A stretch of DNA of 62,284 nt, the filler included. It is 9 parts of 9 records of this genome, joined end to end, with 100 filler letters (N's around TTAATTAATTAA, not from the genome) between each part and the next. Parts side by side here need not be neighbours in the genome. Positions count along the whole stretch, not along the records: positions 24,928 to 33,493 come from SRR31156797_37310; positions 33,594 to 39,566 come from SRR31156797_37325; positions 39,667 to 46,316 come from SRR31156797_37330; 6 more parts are not named here. One strand, written 5' to 3'. The notes under the pieces were generated by a model that saw nothing but the letters and a program-made list of their open reading frames with translations, had not been told where the DNA came from and searched no databases. A program made the position numbers and the translations under genes. Shown piece after piece: positions 29,110-40,471 of this stretch; the first letter of the stretch is position 1, and each line of letters starts with the position of its first letter.

Positions 29110-30564
29110 TTATAACTCCTGTTGTTTCTCACGAATTTTTCCGTCATACGATTGTTCAAAAATCTCCCAAAAGAGTTTTTCAAAACCACTTTGACGATCC
29201 GAAATCAGTTCTTGGTAATAACTACAATACATTTCCCAAGCCCATGCCTGCTCTGACTGAGCTTCTATATCGGTATTACGCTTGTAGCTATAGAATCGAC
29301 GCATTAACACCTGAGGCGAAAATGCTTTTAATATTTGCCTTAGAGCTTCAGACGTCGCGTGTTGGACGGCTTCATTATGATCGCAGACGCTTTTTAGGCT
29401 TTCTGAAATCGCGGCTGGAGCAGACAAGTGAACAAGACTTTTATCCTTGTCATACATGGTACCAATGGTTTGCTCGTAACTGAGTCCAAGCCTTAACGGG
29501 TTATCTTCAATAGGTTGAAGCTTACGATTCATCGAACCACTTCTACTGGTATTGACCTGTTGATTTATCTCTAGTATTCCTTTGATACAAGCCTGTAACG
29601 ACAAACCAAACTCTTGCGATAGAAAGTGCATTCGCTTCATATCATGACCATCGCTGATATGAGCACCTAAACCTTCTAGTATTGGTCCCGTAAGGAGGTG
29701 GCTAGACCTACCGTCTTCGCTTTCCTGCAGTGATAACGCTTTAGTGACTTCATCTTCGACGAAGCTCAGTTCATTCTCATCCATTTCTGGGCCCTTAAGT
29801 GCATCATTGTTAATGTCAAAACTAGGTGATTGAAAATGCTTGTAATGGGGCATGTCCTTACCTGTTTCTGTTGACGTTTGGTGAACAGCCTTCTGAACAC
29901 TGCTCGCAGTCTTTGTTAGATAAATCGATGAAGATATCTCAGAGCCTCGATCAAAATTTTCAGCACATCCTTCTGCATTTCTGGCGAAGCCATCTTGAGA
30001 TAGTAAGTAACTACTTACGCTTGCATCTTCTTTTGTTCTATCCGGCTCCGAAATAAGGTCAGCATCGGTATCACAACTGATCACATCATCGAGCATGGCG
30101 ACGGGGTCTGAAGAAACTGGCTCAGGTTCAATACCAATAACACCACCTTCAAACTCAATGTTTAAGAGAGTGTTATGGGAGAAACTCAGCAATCCATCCA
30201 GTTGTGAATCGGAGTTTTCACTAATGTATGAATGATCCAATATTGCTCTGATCCGATAGCGTCCAATCCGGATTTCATCGTTGTGCTGTAATCGAGCTAA
30301 CCTTCCCTTACCAATTGGCATTGAAGCGCTATTGATGTATGTGAAGCCCGACAGGTCTCTGAGACAGACATAGTTGTCAATTTCAACCAGTTCACAATGA
30401 CGCTCTCCAATGCTCATTTGGTGGTCTTTCAACCACCAATCAGCGTAACGACTTGAACCAATCACTGCGCCTGAATGATTGCAGGTAAACTGAGGCGTTA
30501 CTCCAGCGTCCAACTGTTCAGAATTAACAACCAACAAGGTGAGCGGCTTCTTTATTTGCCCCAT
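29110..30564 (-). CDS. tagH: T6SS FHA-domain protein TagH/Fha
   Basis: N-terminal FHA-like region (IGSS...WWL.D...ERHC...IRIGRY), C-terminal QPIEDNPLRL; position in the cluster. Confidence 0.88.
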   Translation of the reverse strand: MGQIKKPLTLLVVNSEQLDAGVTPQFTCNHSGAVIGSSRYADWWLKDHQMSIGERHCELVEIDNYVCLRDLSGFTYINSASMPIGKGRLARLQHNDEIRIGRYRIRAILDHSYISENSDSQLDGLLSFSHNTLLNIEFEGGVIGIEPEPVSSDPVAMLDDVISCDTDADLISEPDRTKEDASVSSYLLSQDGFARNAEGCAENFDRGSEISSSIYLTKTASSVQKAVHQTSTETGKDMPHYKHFQSPSFDINNDALKGPEMDENELSFVEDEVTKALSLQESEDGRSSHLLTGPILEGLGAHISDGHDMKRMHFLSQEFGLSLQACIKGILEINQQVNTSRSGSMNRKLQPIEDNPLRLGLSYEQTIGTMYDKDKSLVHLSAPAAISESLKSVCDHNEAVQHATSEALRQILKAFSPQVLMRRFYSYKRNTDIEAQSEQAWAWEMYCSYYQELISDRQSGFEKLFWEIFEQSYDGKIREKQQEL

Positions 30565-30566
30565 CG

Positions 30567-31580
30567 TTATTGCCTCACTTGAATCAGGACTTGTTTCTCC
30601 CTATCTTTACAGCCAAGAAAAGACGTCCAACCGAGCGCAGTGCCATGACTGCGGCTAATTGAAAAATCTTGATATTCACCGTCATCAAGAACCAGTTCCA
30701 AATCAAATGCCAATTGGTCTCGCAACATAAGTTCCACCAATTTACACAGTGACTTAAACTCTTTTCCTAAAGGTAAAAAATCGGTAAATCGCTCTCGCGA
30801 CAACTGCTCAATCCGAATCGCAAACTTACCTTTACAATCCATGACGGACTCACCAATAACCGTATCGACGCCCAAACAGGAACTGTTCATTCCCAGAGAC
30901 AAACGTTGAGACTCGTCAATTTTCACCTTGCGTTTAACCCATTGACGAATATGAACGTTCGGCAAATCAAAGCAGTGTGCCAGTACCCCGGCAATCACTT
31001 GCGGAGAGCGATTTCGTCCCGCCAGCATCCCTGAGTAGGCCAGCATCTTGCACCAATTGATCGGTGTTTCACCTCGTAGCTCTACGTCGCCTAATCCAAC
31101 CAAAGCAAACAGTTGTGAAGAGAACTTATCTTGAGCATCCGGTTGGAAACGCACGTAGTAACGATATTTACGCCAAATCCGATAGATCAAATTGATCAAT
31201 CGGTTGTTAAAAAAATTAAAGAAGGGTTGCTTTAACCCATCAAACTCTTCATTGACTAACTGTTCTGTAATAAAACCCGGCAGTGGCGATTGAGCACCCG
31301 ACAATCCAAAGAAATTGGTCTGTAAGGTCATTCTGTTATTTTCGAGCAACTCAAAAGAAACCACATCCGCTCTGGCGAAACCGAGACTGGTATTTGCGCC
31401 AAAAACAAGCTGACAATACCGCTCCCATTCATCAGAATCGGCATTGAGCATTCTCGATTTCTGTATAAGTTCGACCAGCTGATAGAAGTTATAAGTGTGC
31501 GCTGTGGTAGACAGTTCCGGATGTAATACCGCCACACTTTCTTCTATATCAACGGCTGCATTCCGACCTGGCTGTCCCAT
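30567..31580 (-). CDS. tssG: T6SS baseplate protein TssG
   Basis: YNFYQLVEL, FFGLSGAQSPLP, FFNNRL and LGWTSFLG. Confidence 0.95.
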   Translation of the reverse strand: MGQPGRNAAVDIEESVAVLHPELSTTAHTYNFYQLVELIQKSRMLNADSDEWERYCQLVFGANTSLGFARADVVSFELLENNRMTLQTNFFGLSGAQSPLPGFITEQLVNEEFDGLKQPFFNFFNNRLINLIYRIWRKYRYYVRFQPDAQDKFSSQLFALVGLGDVELRGETPINWCKMLAYSGMLAGRNRSPQVIAGVLAHCFDLPNVHIRQWVKRKVKIDESQRLSLGMNSSCLGVDTVIGESVMDCKGKFAIRIEQLSRERFTDFLPLGKEFKSLCKLVELMLRDQLAFDLELVLDDGEYQDFSISRSHGTALGWTSFLGCKDREKQVLIQVRQ

Positions 31581-33313
31581 GTGTATTTCTCTTTATTAGT
31601 CACGTTAATAAGTTCCAGCTGATGAAATGAGTTAATGCTGGCGTACAATGCAAAGAAGTGGTTTAAAACGGTTCCAAATAAAAACAGTTCTCCCTCCGAT
31701 CCAAATCCATCTTGATCAATATAGAGAGAAGAACACAAACCTCTTACCGGAAGGCCTTGTACTAACTTATCAATGGGGCGAGATTCAACTTTGACAATCG
31801 CTTGTAAACGACGCTTAGCGATCCTTTCAGCCTGACGATCGTATAAGGCACGAAAATCGTAAGCCCTTAATACAGAACTCAAGGCATCTTTAGACAGCAA
31901 AGACAAATAGTTCAGAGACAAATTTGAAATCAGAGTCCATAGCAAACTACCATCGAGAATCGGCCTCAACGGCTGAGAAGGGACGGTGATGTTTTCAAAC
32001 GTTGCGAAGTTGGGGGAAGTATCTGTCGCTTGACAAATATCACCGATACCAAGATCTAAAGGCAGTAAGCGATTGGAACAGGTCAGCTTAATCGATATGG
32101 TTTCATCCACTCCGATCGATTGAGTCTCGTCACTCCGCATAAACGAAATGAAAGATTCAAAGCCATCACCACGAATACTGTCTTTGAGACGAGTACGGTA
32201 ATAAAGAGCTTTACGATCACGAACCCTTTCAATCTCATGCTGAAAACTTTCAAATGCTGAATAGACACGTTTTTCATTACGCCCATTATGCGAGGTGTCC
32301 GTTCTATCCTTCCAACCTTCAACTCGGTCAACACTAAACACTTCATAGTGTTTTGGATAACGCGTAGAAGGTATCAATGGGTATTCTGGCTTGCGACCAT
32401 GCAAATCTATGGGTTCAGCATCATGCTCAAACAAATTGATAACGGGCGTGCAGTAAAGTTGAAAGCTGTCGCGTCCAATGTGCATGTTTTGTGGCAGAGT
32501 TTTCGTAAACTTAATCGCCAACACAAACTCACGCTGCTCGGCATCAAAAATGACTCTGTCAAAACCTTTCACATCAAAAAAGTGGAAAGCTTCGGGAAAC
32601 GAAAGATACTCTTGTAATACGCGGTAACCTTCATAAACATTGGTTGGATAAGGCAAAAGAGCTTGCTCTTTTTCAAATCCAACATTGGCAAAAGCGCCCT
32701 TAGCCAGTCTTTGCTCTTTGCCGTCTATCTCAACACTCAAACGATCAAGATAGTGATTTAGCCACAAGTACAATGTTTGCGAAGTGTAATTATCACCACC
32801 TAAGTAGAAACGTAAGCTATCAAGCTGTACATCTTTAATTGACACGTTTTTGTCAAACCTCATCGTCAACTTCAACAAAGAGGTTTCACGAGTATGTTCA
32901 ACACGTACATCAACGCAGTTCACTGGATATACATTCACATCTCGACAAGTTCTGAAATGACATCTCGTCCCCATGACAGCGTTGCTATCTAATTGAGTTC
33001 CACGTTTAATCAGCGACTTCTCACTCAATCCCTTATTAGGCTTGAATGAGACAATACTCATGCTCGGAACGGGGCGTAAATAATTTGGCCAAAGCATATT
33101 GATCATCGAGTGAGTCAGTTCTGGAAACTCATCGTCGACCTTTTCTCTTAAGCGAGCGGTGAGGAACGCAAAACCCTCGAGCAAGCGTTCCACATCAGGA
33201 TCTACCGTACGTCCATGTAAAAAACGGGAAAGTTGAGGATGAATTTCACAAAACTCTTTACCCTGTTCTTTAAGAAAAGAGAGCTCTTCTCTAAAGTATT
33301 TATTTTGGGTCAT
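31544..33313 (-). CDS. tssF: T6SS baseplate protein TssF
   Basis: DPDVERLLEGFAFL, LYCTPVINLF, WTLISNLSLNYLSL and YASINSF. Confidence 0.96.
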   Translation of the reverse strand: MTQNKYFREELSFLKEQGKEFCEIHPQLSRFLHGRTVDPDVERLLEGFAFLTARLREKVDDEFPELTHSMINMLWPNYLRPVPSMSIVSFKPNKGLSEKSLIKRGTQLDSNAVMGTRCHFRTCRDVNVYPVNCVDVRVEHTRETSLLKLTMRFDKNVSIKDVQLDSLRFYLGGDNYTSQTLYLWLNHYLDRLSVEIDGKEQRLAKGAFANVGFEKEQALLPYPTNVYEGYRVLQEYLSFPEAFHFFDVKGFDRVIFDAEQREFVLAIKFTKTLPQNMHIGRDSFQLYCTPVINLFEHDAEPIDLHGRKPEYPLIPSTRYPKHYEVFSVDRVEGWKDRTDTSHNGRNEKRVYSAFESFQHEIERVRDRKALYYRTRLKDSIRGDGFESFISFMRSDETQSIGVDETISIKLTCSNRLLPLDLGIGDICQATDTSPNFATFENITVPSQPLRPILDGSLLWTLISNLSLNYLSLLSKDALSSVLRAYDFRALYDRQAERIAKRRLQAIVKVESRPIDKLVQGLPVRGLCSSLYIDQDGFGSEGELFLFGTVLNHFFALYASINSFHQLELINVTNKEKYTWDSQVGMQPLI

Positions 33314-33318
33314 ATCAA

Positions 33319-33493
33319 TTAATACACTCGATATTTTCCGTTATTGTCCAACAACAGACTTAAGCAGATCTGCTCGCTTAAAGCGGCACTGTTAAGATCA
33401 GCCGTAATATAAAACCTAAGGATCATTGAGTTATGTAAATCACTGTCAGCCTTAACGTATATATTCTTCAACCGAGGTTCATAGCGCTCGAGA
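33319..33493 (-). CDS. tssE: T6SS baseplate protein TssE (3' end only)
   Basis: ...ERYEPRL...EQICLSLLLDNNGKYRVY* directly upstream of tssF. Confidence 0.8.
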
Positions 33494-33593
33494 NNNNNNN
33501 NNNNNNNNNNNNNNNNNNNNNNNNNNNNNNNNNNNNNTTAATTAATTAANNNNNNNNNNNNNNNNNNNNNNNNNNNNNNNNNNNNNNNNNNNN
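33494..33593. other. Artificial contig linker
   Basis: N44-TTAATTAATTAA-N44. Confidence 0.99.
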
Positions 33594-34028
33594 CATTTTC
33601 CATCTTCTTCTTTCAGCGTATCTTGTGAACATTCTGAATAAGTCTGATGCAAATAGAGCTGCTTCATCTCCACCAGCTCCACCTCTGATCTCGATAATAA
33701 CGTTTTTCTCATCATTAGGATCTTTTGGAAGTAAAAGAACTTTAAGTTCTTCTTCTAAATCTGGTAATTGAGCTTCTATCTCTTTTATTTCATCATACAT
33801 CATTGATTTCATTTCATCATCGGATTCAGCTTTAACATCTTCTTTTAAACCTAAATACTCATCTTTTAATTCTCTATACTCTTTATATTTTTCTACGATT
33901 TCATTCATACTCGAAAGAGCTTTATTATATTCCATTAACTTCTTAGGATCTGACGCTACTTCCGGTGTAGAAAGTAAAGTCGTAAGTTCCTCATGTTTTT
34001 TTACAACTTCATCCAGTTTATCAAACAT
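33594..34028 (-). CDS. prfA: Peptide chain release factor 1 (3'-truncated)
   Basis: [29 protein letters not shown]. Confidence 0.95.
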
Positions 34029-34029
34029 T

Positions 34030-34947
34030 TTATTTTGTTTCCTCCTCTAGTTCTTTTGCATTATCGATTTCCTGTCCTAATGCTGCTTTAAGAGCAACAA
34101 TACTTACTTCTAACTGATCTAAGTCAGGTTCTTTTGTAGTGATAGTTTGTACTTTTAAACCCGGTGCAGCTAAAAGCTTAACAAAAAAATTATCTAAATG
34201 TTTACTTGTATATTTTTGTACTTCATACGATACTCCCGCAACAAATGGAAGTAAAGCTAATCTAACTCCCGTTTTAAGAAGTTGCTTAAATAAAAGTGTT
34301 TCCGGTTTTGGCAGAAACATATCTATACTGAAGAAAATAACTATACTACAAAGCATTACTATTATTAAAAATGATGTCCCGCACCTTGGGTGTAATGTTG
34401 TATACTTTGCTGCATTCTCTTTTGTTAAATCATCTCCATTTTCAAATGCATAAATTGCCTTATGCTCAGCACCGTGATACTGAAATACTCTTCTAATATC
34501 TTTTGAAAATGATATTACATATACATAAGTTATAAATATTACTAATCTCAATACTGCTTCAACTATATTAGCTAATCCAGTACTATTTGGGAAGATAAAC
34601 CCACTTATTAGTGAAGGTAGAAGCATAAATATTCCGACACCAATTGCCATTGATAAAAATAGAGTTAAACCTAATTGAAAATCAGTTAGTTCCTCTTCTT
34701 CTTCTCCTGCCTGTTCAGCAGAAAAAGTGAGCTCTTTAATCCCAACAAGTAAGCTTTCTATTAGAACAAATCCACCTCTTAAAAAAGGAATTTTTGTTAT
34801 TTTCTTATTTCTCTCACCAAGCTCTTTTTTTCTGTACACTATCTCGCCATCAGGTCTTCGAACTGCAGTTGCTATTGCTGAAGTTCCCTTCATCATAACA
34901 CCTTCGATTACCGCTTGCCCGCCAACATTTACCGGTTTTTTGTCCAC
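34030..34947 (-). CDS. DUF1385 membrane protein
   Basis: [29 protein letters not shown] and TTKEP. Confidence 0.93.
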   Translation of the reverse strand: MDKKPVNVGGQAVIEGVMMKGTSAIATAVRRPDGEIVYRKKELGERNKKITKIPFLRGGFVLIESLLVGIKELTFSAEQAGEEEEELTDFQLGLTLFLSMAIGVGIFMLLPSLISGFIFPNSTGLANIVEAVLRLVIFITYVYVISFSKDIRRVFQYHGAEHKAIYAFENGDDLTKENAAKYTTLHPRCGTSFLIIVMLCSIVIFFSIDMFLPKPETLLFKQLLKTGVRLALLPFVAGVSYEVQKYTSKHLDNFFVKLLAAPGLKVQTITTKEPDLDQLEVSIVALKAALGQEIDNAKELEEETK

Positions 34948-35120
34948 TTGCCTCTCCTCTCAACTTTACCATAAAAAGCCTGACTTTCCATGATAAATTC
35001 CTGATACAGTTTCTAGATTATAACACAGATAAGCTTAAATATCAAGATTGACAAAACTACTCTCACTATGCTAATTTAGAATTAATTTTATAGCACCAAT
35101 CTTAAATTTTCAATAAAAAA

Positions 35121-35150
35121 ACTCTCTGTTTTATTATATAAACAGAGAGT
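35121..35150 (-). terminator. Intrinsic terminator after the diguanylate cyclase gene
   Basis: ACTCTCTGTTT/AAACAGAGAGT stem followed by a U-tract on the minus strand. Confidence 0.75.
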
Positions 35151-35156
35151 AGTTTT

Positions 35157-36182
35157 TTATCCTTCTTTTTCCATATAACTAATTCTATTTCTTCCATTTT
35201 CCTTTGCTTTGTACAGTGCTTCATCAGCTGTATTTATTGCTTCTTCCATGGTTATATTGCCACAAGGAACAAAAGTCGTGATTCCAATACTTACTGTCAC
35301 ATATTTAGAAACATCAGATTTTTCATGGATAATTTTCAAGTCCTCAATTGTCACACGTAACTTTTCTGATACTTGTTTTGCTCCTGCTTCGGCAGTATTA
35401 GGTAAAATTAATACGAATTCCTCTCCACCATATCTTGCTCCAAAATCACCCGGGCGTCTAACAGATGATGCTACAGTTTTCCCTATCTGTCTTAAACAGT
35501 TGTCTCCAGCAATATGTCCATACATATCGTTATATCTTTTGAAAAAATCTATATCAAGCATAACTAAAGATAATGAAGAGTTATCACGTCTGCACCTTCT
35601 CCATTCCCTATCGAGCATATGATCGAATGACCTTCTATTAGGTATCCCCGTTAGGCCATCATGTGATGATAAATGTTCAAGTAATGTATTAGCTTCTTCC
35701 AGCTCTTTTTGAACTTTATGAAGTTCTTTTATTTTATCCTGTAACTCAAACGCAAGTGATTGATAAAGCTTTTTTTGTCTAAAAAGTTCAACAAAAACTT
35801 TTATTTTACTTTTTAGTATCGAATTATTTATCGGTTTATAGATATAATCTACAGCTCCTGCTTCATAACCTTTAAAGATAAACTCTTCATCTTTACTATT
35901 TGCAGTAATAAAAATTATCGGAATAAATCTTGTTTTTTCCATTCCACGCAATAATTCTGCCGTTTCGAAGCCATCCATAAACGGCATCTGTACATCCATT
36001 AATATTAATGAAAAATCATAATCTAAAACTTTAGAGAGAGCTTCTTCTCCCGATCCGGCTTTAATAATATGAAGTTTTTCATCTAATAAAAGCTGTTCCA
36101 AAGAATATAAGTTCTCTGGTCTATCATCTACAATCAATACATTTATTTTTCCTAAATTATCCCTTGAATCTATTATAGCCAT
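35157..36182 (-). CDS. Response-regulator diguanylate cyclase (REC-GGDEF)
   Basis: REC (VDD, MDVQMP) plus DGLTGIPNRR, DIDFFK, I-site RPGD and GGEEF. Confidence 0.95.
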   Translation of the reverse strand: MAIIDSRDNLGKINVLIVDDRPENLYSLEQLLLDEKLHIIKAGSGEEALSKVLDYDFSLILMDVQMPFMDGFETAELLRGMEKTRFIPIIFITANSKDEEFIFKGYEAGAVDYIYKPINNSILKSKIKVFVELFRQKKLYQSLAFELQDKIKELHKVQKELEEANTLLEHLSSHDGLTGIPNRRSFDHMLDREWRRCRRDNSSLSLVMLDIDFFKRYNDMYGHIAGDNCLRQIGKTVASSVRRPGDFGARYGGEEFVLILPNTAEAGAKQVSEKLRVTIEDLKIIHEKSDVSKYVTVSIGITTFVPCGNITMEEAINTADEALYKAKENGRNRISYMEKEG

Positions 36183-36197
36183 TAAACTCCCTCCACT

Positions 36198-36761
36198 CTA
36201 ACTATTTGCATTATTTAAAAATTCAGAAATCGCCTGCAAACCAAGAGTTCCATCAACTTTTGTTTTTTTTATTGCAGCAAGTGGCATTATATCTACTTCA
36301 GATTCTTCAGGTATTTGAACAAGAACCGTTCCTCCACACTTTTTAATATAGCTAAGTCCTTCAGAACCGTCATAATTAGCACCTGTTAAAATAATACCAA
36401 TTAGTCTATCTCTATATACCTCTGCTGCTGTTTCAAATAAAACATCAATTGAAGGTCTTGAAAAACAAACTTTCTCACTGGAATCAAAAGAGATCGATTT
36501 ATCCATCTCTACCATCATATGATAATTTGGTGGAGCTAAATAAATATTACCCTTTTCAACTTTCTCTTTTTCTTCTGCTTCTTTTACATTTAATTCCGTA
36601 ACCTCATCAAGAATTTTTACCAAATAGTTCTCTGAATAAGGACTGGTATGTTGAACAACTAATACAGGTAGTTCTAAATCTTTCTTTAGTTTCATGATGA
36701 TTTCACGTAAAGCATCTATTCCACCTGTTGAGGCTCCAATCACTGCTGCTTCATATCTCAC
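36198..36761 (-). CDS. cheB: Stand-alone CheB-type methylesterase
   Basis: IGASTGG, VQH, RPSIDVLF and LTGANYDG; no REC domain. Confidence 0.9.
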   Translation of the reverse strand: MRYEAAVIGASTGGIDALREIIMKLKKDLELPVLVVQHTSPYSENYLVKILDEVTELNVKEAEEKEKVEKGNIYLAPPNYHMMVEMDKSISFDSSEKVCFSRPSIDVLFETAAEVYRDRLIGIILTGANYDGSEGLSYIKKCGGTVLVQIPEESEVDIMPLAAIKKTKVDGTLGLQAISEFLNNANS

Positions 36762-36791
36762 AATACCACCTCTATTTTATCATTTATTAAA

Positions 36792-37643
36792 TCAAATTAT
36801 AACTTTTTTATATATTTTTGCACTTGAATTACTAACCTCAAACATTTTTAATTCCTCTTTGCTTTTCAGCGCTTCTTTTATTCCAACCGCTAAATAACCT
36901 CCGTGAACCAAACTATCTGAGAACAGTTTAATAACTTTACTTTGCAACTCTCTATTAAAATAGATCATTACATTTCTGCAGATAATCAAATTCATTTCAC
37001 CAAAAACACCATCAGTAACTAAATTATGATTAGAAAAAAGAATATTTTTTTTAATTTTTTCATCTAAAATAACATAATTATAGTTTGCACGATAGTAATC
37101 AGAAAATTCTGCTTTCCCACCGGCTAATTGATAGTTATATGTATATTCTTTTACTTTATTTATATCATATATTCCTTCACGTGCAACTTTTATAACATCC
37201 TCATTAAAATCTGTAGCGTATATCTGTGTTCTATCATAAAGGCCCTCCTCCATCAGCATTATAGCCACAGAGTATACTTCCTCTCCTGTTGAACAGCCCG
37301 CATGCCATATCTTGATAAAAGGATATGTTTGCAAAATCGGAATTATTGTTTTACGAAGAGACAGATAAAATTTAGGATCTCTAAACATCTCAGTAACATT
37401 TATAGAAAAATCTTTTAATATTTTATCAAACATTTCTCTATTGTATAAAAGCTCATGTTGAAGTTCTGATATAGAGTTTAGATGAGTTTCAGAGGCTAGT
37501 CTATATCTTATTCTTCTCTTAATATGCATTCTTGAGTAATCCAGAAAATTATAACCATATTTTAGTTTAATTGCATTTAGTAATAGTTCTACTTCGATAT
37601 CTTCAATATCAAGTTCGTCAATAAAATTCATTAGTATAACCAC
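36792..37643 (-). CDS. cheR: CheR-type protein-glutamate methyltransferase
   Basis: INVTEMFRDP, IWHAGCSTGEEVYS and CRNVMIYF. Confidence 0.93.
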   Translation of the reverse strand: MVILMNFIDELDIEDIEVELLLNAIKLKYGYNFLDYSRMHIKRRIRYRLASETHLNSISELQHELLYNREMFDKILKDFSINVTEMFRDPKFYLSLRKTIIPILQTYPFIKIWHAGCSTGEEVYSVAIMLMEEGLYDRTQIYATDFNEDVIKVAREGIYDINKVKEYTYNYQLAGGKAEFSDYYRANYNYVILDEKIKKNILFSNHNLVTDGVFGEMNLIICRNVMIYFNRELQSKVIKLFSDSLVHGGYLAVGIKEALKSKEELKMFEVSNSSAKIYKKVII

Positions 37644-39566
37644 ACCCTTAATAAAGAAAGTAGTTTTTCAATATCAACAGGTTTTGACATATAGTCATTT
37701 GCTCCTGCTTCTATACATTTTTCTCTATCTTCTTTCATAGCTTTTGCAGTAAGTGCTATAATAGGGATGTCTCCTCCTTTTTCTAATCCTCTTATTTTTC
37801 TCATTGCTGTGTATCCATCCATTTCAGGCATCATAATATCCATGAGTATCAGATCCAGTTCCTCTTGTTGGAATTTTTCTATACTCTCTATACCGTTTCT
37901 TGCAATAGATACCTTTGCTCCATTATTTTCCAAAACACTGGATAATGCAAATAAATTCCTTACATCATCGTCTACTAACAGTAATCTTTTTCCAGATAAT
38001 GATTTACCTGGATTTGATGTTTTTGTTTTTATTTCAGTTTTTCTCGGTTCTTTTATTTTTTTCTCAGGAACTTCCTTATCCAAATGATGTAAAAACAGTT
38101 TTACTTCATCTAATAGTCTATCCATATATTTAGGACCTTTTACAACTATCGTTTCAGCATATTTTTTTATTCTAGCATCTTCATCAACAGTTAGTTTTTT
38201 ATCTGTATAAGTTACAATTGGAGTTTGAGAAATATCATTTGTTCTGATTTTTTCCAATAACTCTATTCCGTTATCACCATCAATTCCAAGGTCTAGAATC
38301 ACGCAATCATATAGCGAATCTCCTAATTTCTCTATCAAATCTTTTCCTGTAGCAACATGCACTATATCAACTCCGGGATTTCTCTTTTTCACAAAACCTT
38401 CTAAAAGCTCATTTTCTTCCAGGTCATTTTCAGCTATTATTAGTTTTTTTATATTTTTTAGTTTTTTTACTTTTGAGAACATACTGTCTAACTCAGCAAC
38501 AGTTACAGGTTTTTGAATATATTCAACTATTGAAGCTCTTTCAGCAACTTCAGGTTTATCACTGGCTGACATTATATGCACTGGAATATTTTTAGTTTTA
38601 CTATTTGCTCTTAATTTTTCCAGTACTTCCCATCCATCAATTCCAGGTAAACCTAAATCAAGAATTATTGCATCAGGCATTTTTTCATTTGCTAATATTA
38701 GGCCGCCTTCTCCTTCTGTTGCCGTGAAAACTCTAAATTTCTTATTCCTTGCAATATCAGATAAAACATGTAAAAATTGTGCATCATCATCTATTATTAA
38801 AATTGTTCTTTCTTCGTTTTCTCCACTTCCCTCATTCAGGTCATAACTGGCATTTTTTTCCATAAAATCAAGTGCTGATTCCTGAGCTCCTGAGTCTGAG
38901 CTCTTTTCATCCTTAATTTCTACTGTTTCTTTACTTATTTTTTCTTTATTCTTTCTTTCTTTTCTTATTTCTTCTTTTTCTTCTCTTATTTCCTCTGCTA
39001 CTTTTTCTACCACCTGATCATCTTCCGTATAATTTGTAAGTGGAAGTGTTATTATAAACTTACTTCCTTTACCTTCTTCACTTTCAACACTTATATCACC
39101 TTTTAATATTCTAGATAGTTCTCTCGAAATCGATAATCCTAATCCCGTTCCTCCATATTGTCTGCTTATTGTACCGTCCACTTGTTGAAATGCTTCAAAA
39201 ATTAAACGTTTTTTCTCCGTCGGGATACCGATTCCTGTATCACTTACCGCTATCTCAACTAAGGGTTCTTCTGAATCTCGTGGTGATTTTCTAATTGTTA
39301 GTACTATTTCTCCTGTTCTGGTAAATTTAAGAGCATTAGAGTAAAGATTTCTTATAACTTGTAAAAGTTTATTATGATCAGTTTCAATTAATCTTTCAGA
39401 AAGATTATCCAGAATCTCTGTTCTTAATTCCAAACCTTTTTGTTTTGCAATTTGAGTAAAAGTGTTTTTTATATATCTTTCTATTTCTCTTAACTGCATA
39501 AACTCAAAATTAACATCCATTTTACCTGCTTCAATTTTTGATAAATCTAAAATATCATTAATTAAA
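37631..39566 (-). CDS. Hybrid histidine kinase with three receiver domains (5'-truncated)
   Basis: INDILDLSKIEAGK, NLYSNALKFT, DTGIGI and YGGTGLGL, followed by three REC-like domains. Confidence 0.92.
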
Positions 39567-39666
39567 NNNNNNNNNNNNNNNNNNNNNNNNNNNNNNNNNN
39601 NNNNNNNNNNTTAATTAATTAANNNNNNNNNNNNNNNNNNNNNNNNNNNNNNNNNNNNNNNNNNNN
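39567..39666. other. Artificial contig linker
   Basis: N44-TTAATTAATTAA-N44. Confidence 0.99.
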
Positions 39667-40390
39667 AGTGAACCATTGCAAGGTTATCTATCTTTGCACA
39701 AGAGATAAATTCGTTATTGATCCCTGTAATTGATCCTTTTTCAATTTCGTATAAGTATAATTCGAAATCAAGAATATCATCTGCATCAACTTTTAGCTCT
39801 TCAGCTAATAACTTCATTAGGAAATTATCCTTTTCCAGTTGATCTCCCAATAATCCAACAACCGGCAGGATATCAGTTTGTCTATTTAGCTCTCTTTTAT
39901 CCATTCCTTTAGATTGGTGAATAGCTAAGTTTGGAATTACTAAGCTGGATTTTTTAATATTAACAAGTTTAATAGAGGGGACAAGAGAATTCTCTTCTCT
40001 AACAGCAACTCTCCCTGCAAAGCTAAGAGGTCTGTCGAACCAAGTATTAATAATTGGGCCTCCGTAAACCTCTATGTTTAATTTCAAGTATGAGTTATTA
40101 TCCATTTCAGGATTTGGTTTAATTTTAAATCCAGGTGAATCAGTATGACTTCCAATTATTTTAAATCCATCGTTTTCAAGCTCTCCGTTTCCAACAGTGA
40201 ATGCAAAAAGAGATGAGTTGTTTTTAGTTAAGAAATATTTTCCACCTTTTTTAAGTTTCCATTTATCTGTATCATTAAGTTTAGTGAATCCGTTAGCTAG
40301 TAGAAATTTACCACTCTCTGTAACTGAATGAAAAGCTGATGGTGATTTTTCTACGAAATTGATTAATTCTGTAGCGAATATATTACTCAT
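39667..40390 (-). CDS. M18 family aminopeptidase (3'-truncated)
   Basis: SPSAFH, GSHTDSP, EVYGG..INTWFDRPLS, IPNLAIH and DNL. Confidence 0.93.
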
Positions 40391-40427
40391 TTTATATTTC
40401 CTCCAATTAATAGTTTTTCATAAGTCA

Positions 40428-40453
40428 GGGCTGACATGGGAGTCAGCCCCTAC
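40428..40453 (-). repeat. GTAG-type REP-like palindrome
   Basis: GTAG-GGGCTGAC-TCCCAT-GTCAGCCC, a GC-rich island in AT-rich intergenic DNA. Confidence 0.6.
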
Positions 40454-40471
40454 GAAAATAAATTTTATTTA

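Noticed and set aside
1340-33493. eCIS, phage virion genes and T6SS as one combined injection super-locus
   Set aside because: They lie on three different contigs, apparently from different organisms.
24928-33493. T6SS cluster as a novel system
   Set aside because: The gene order tssE-F-G-fha-J-K-L-clpV matches the well-known Vibrio cholerae-type cluster; no effector genes are in view.
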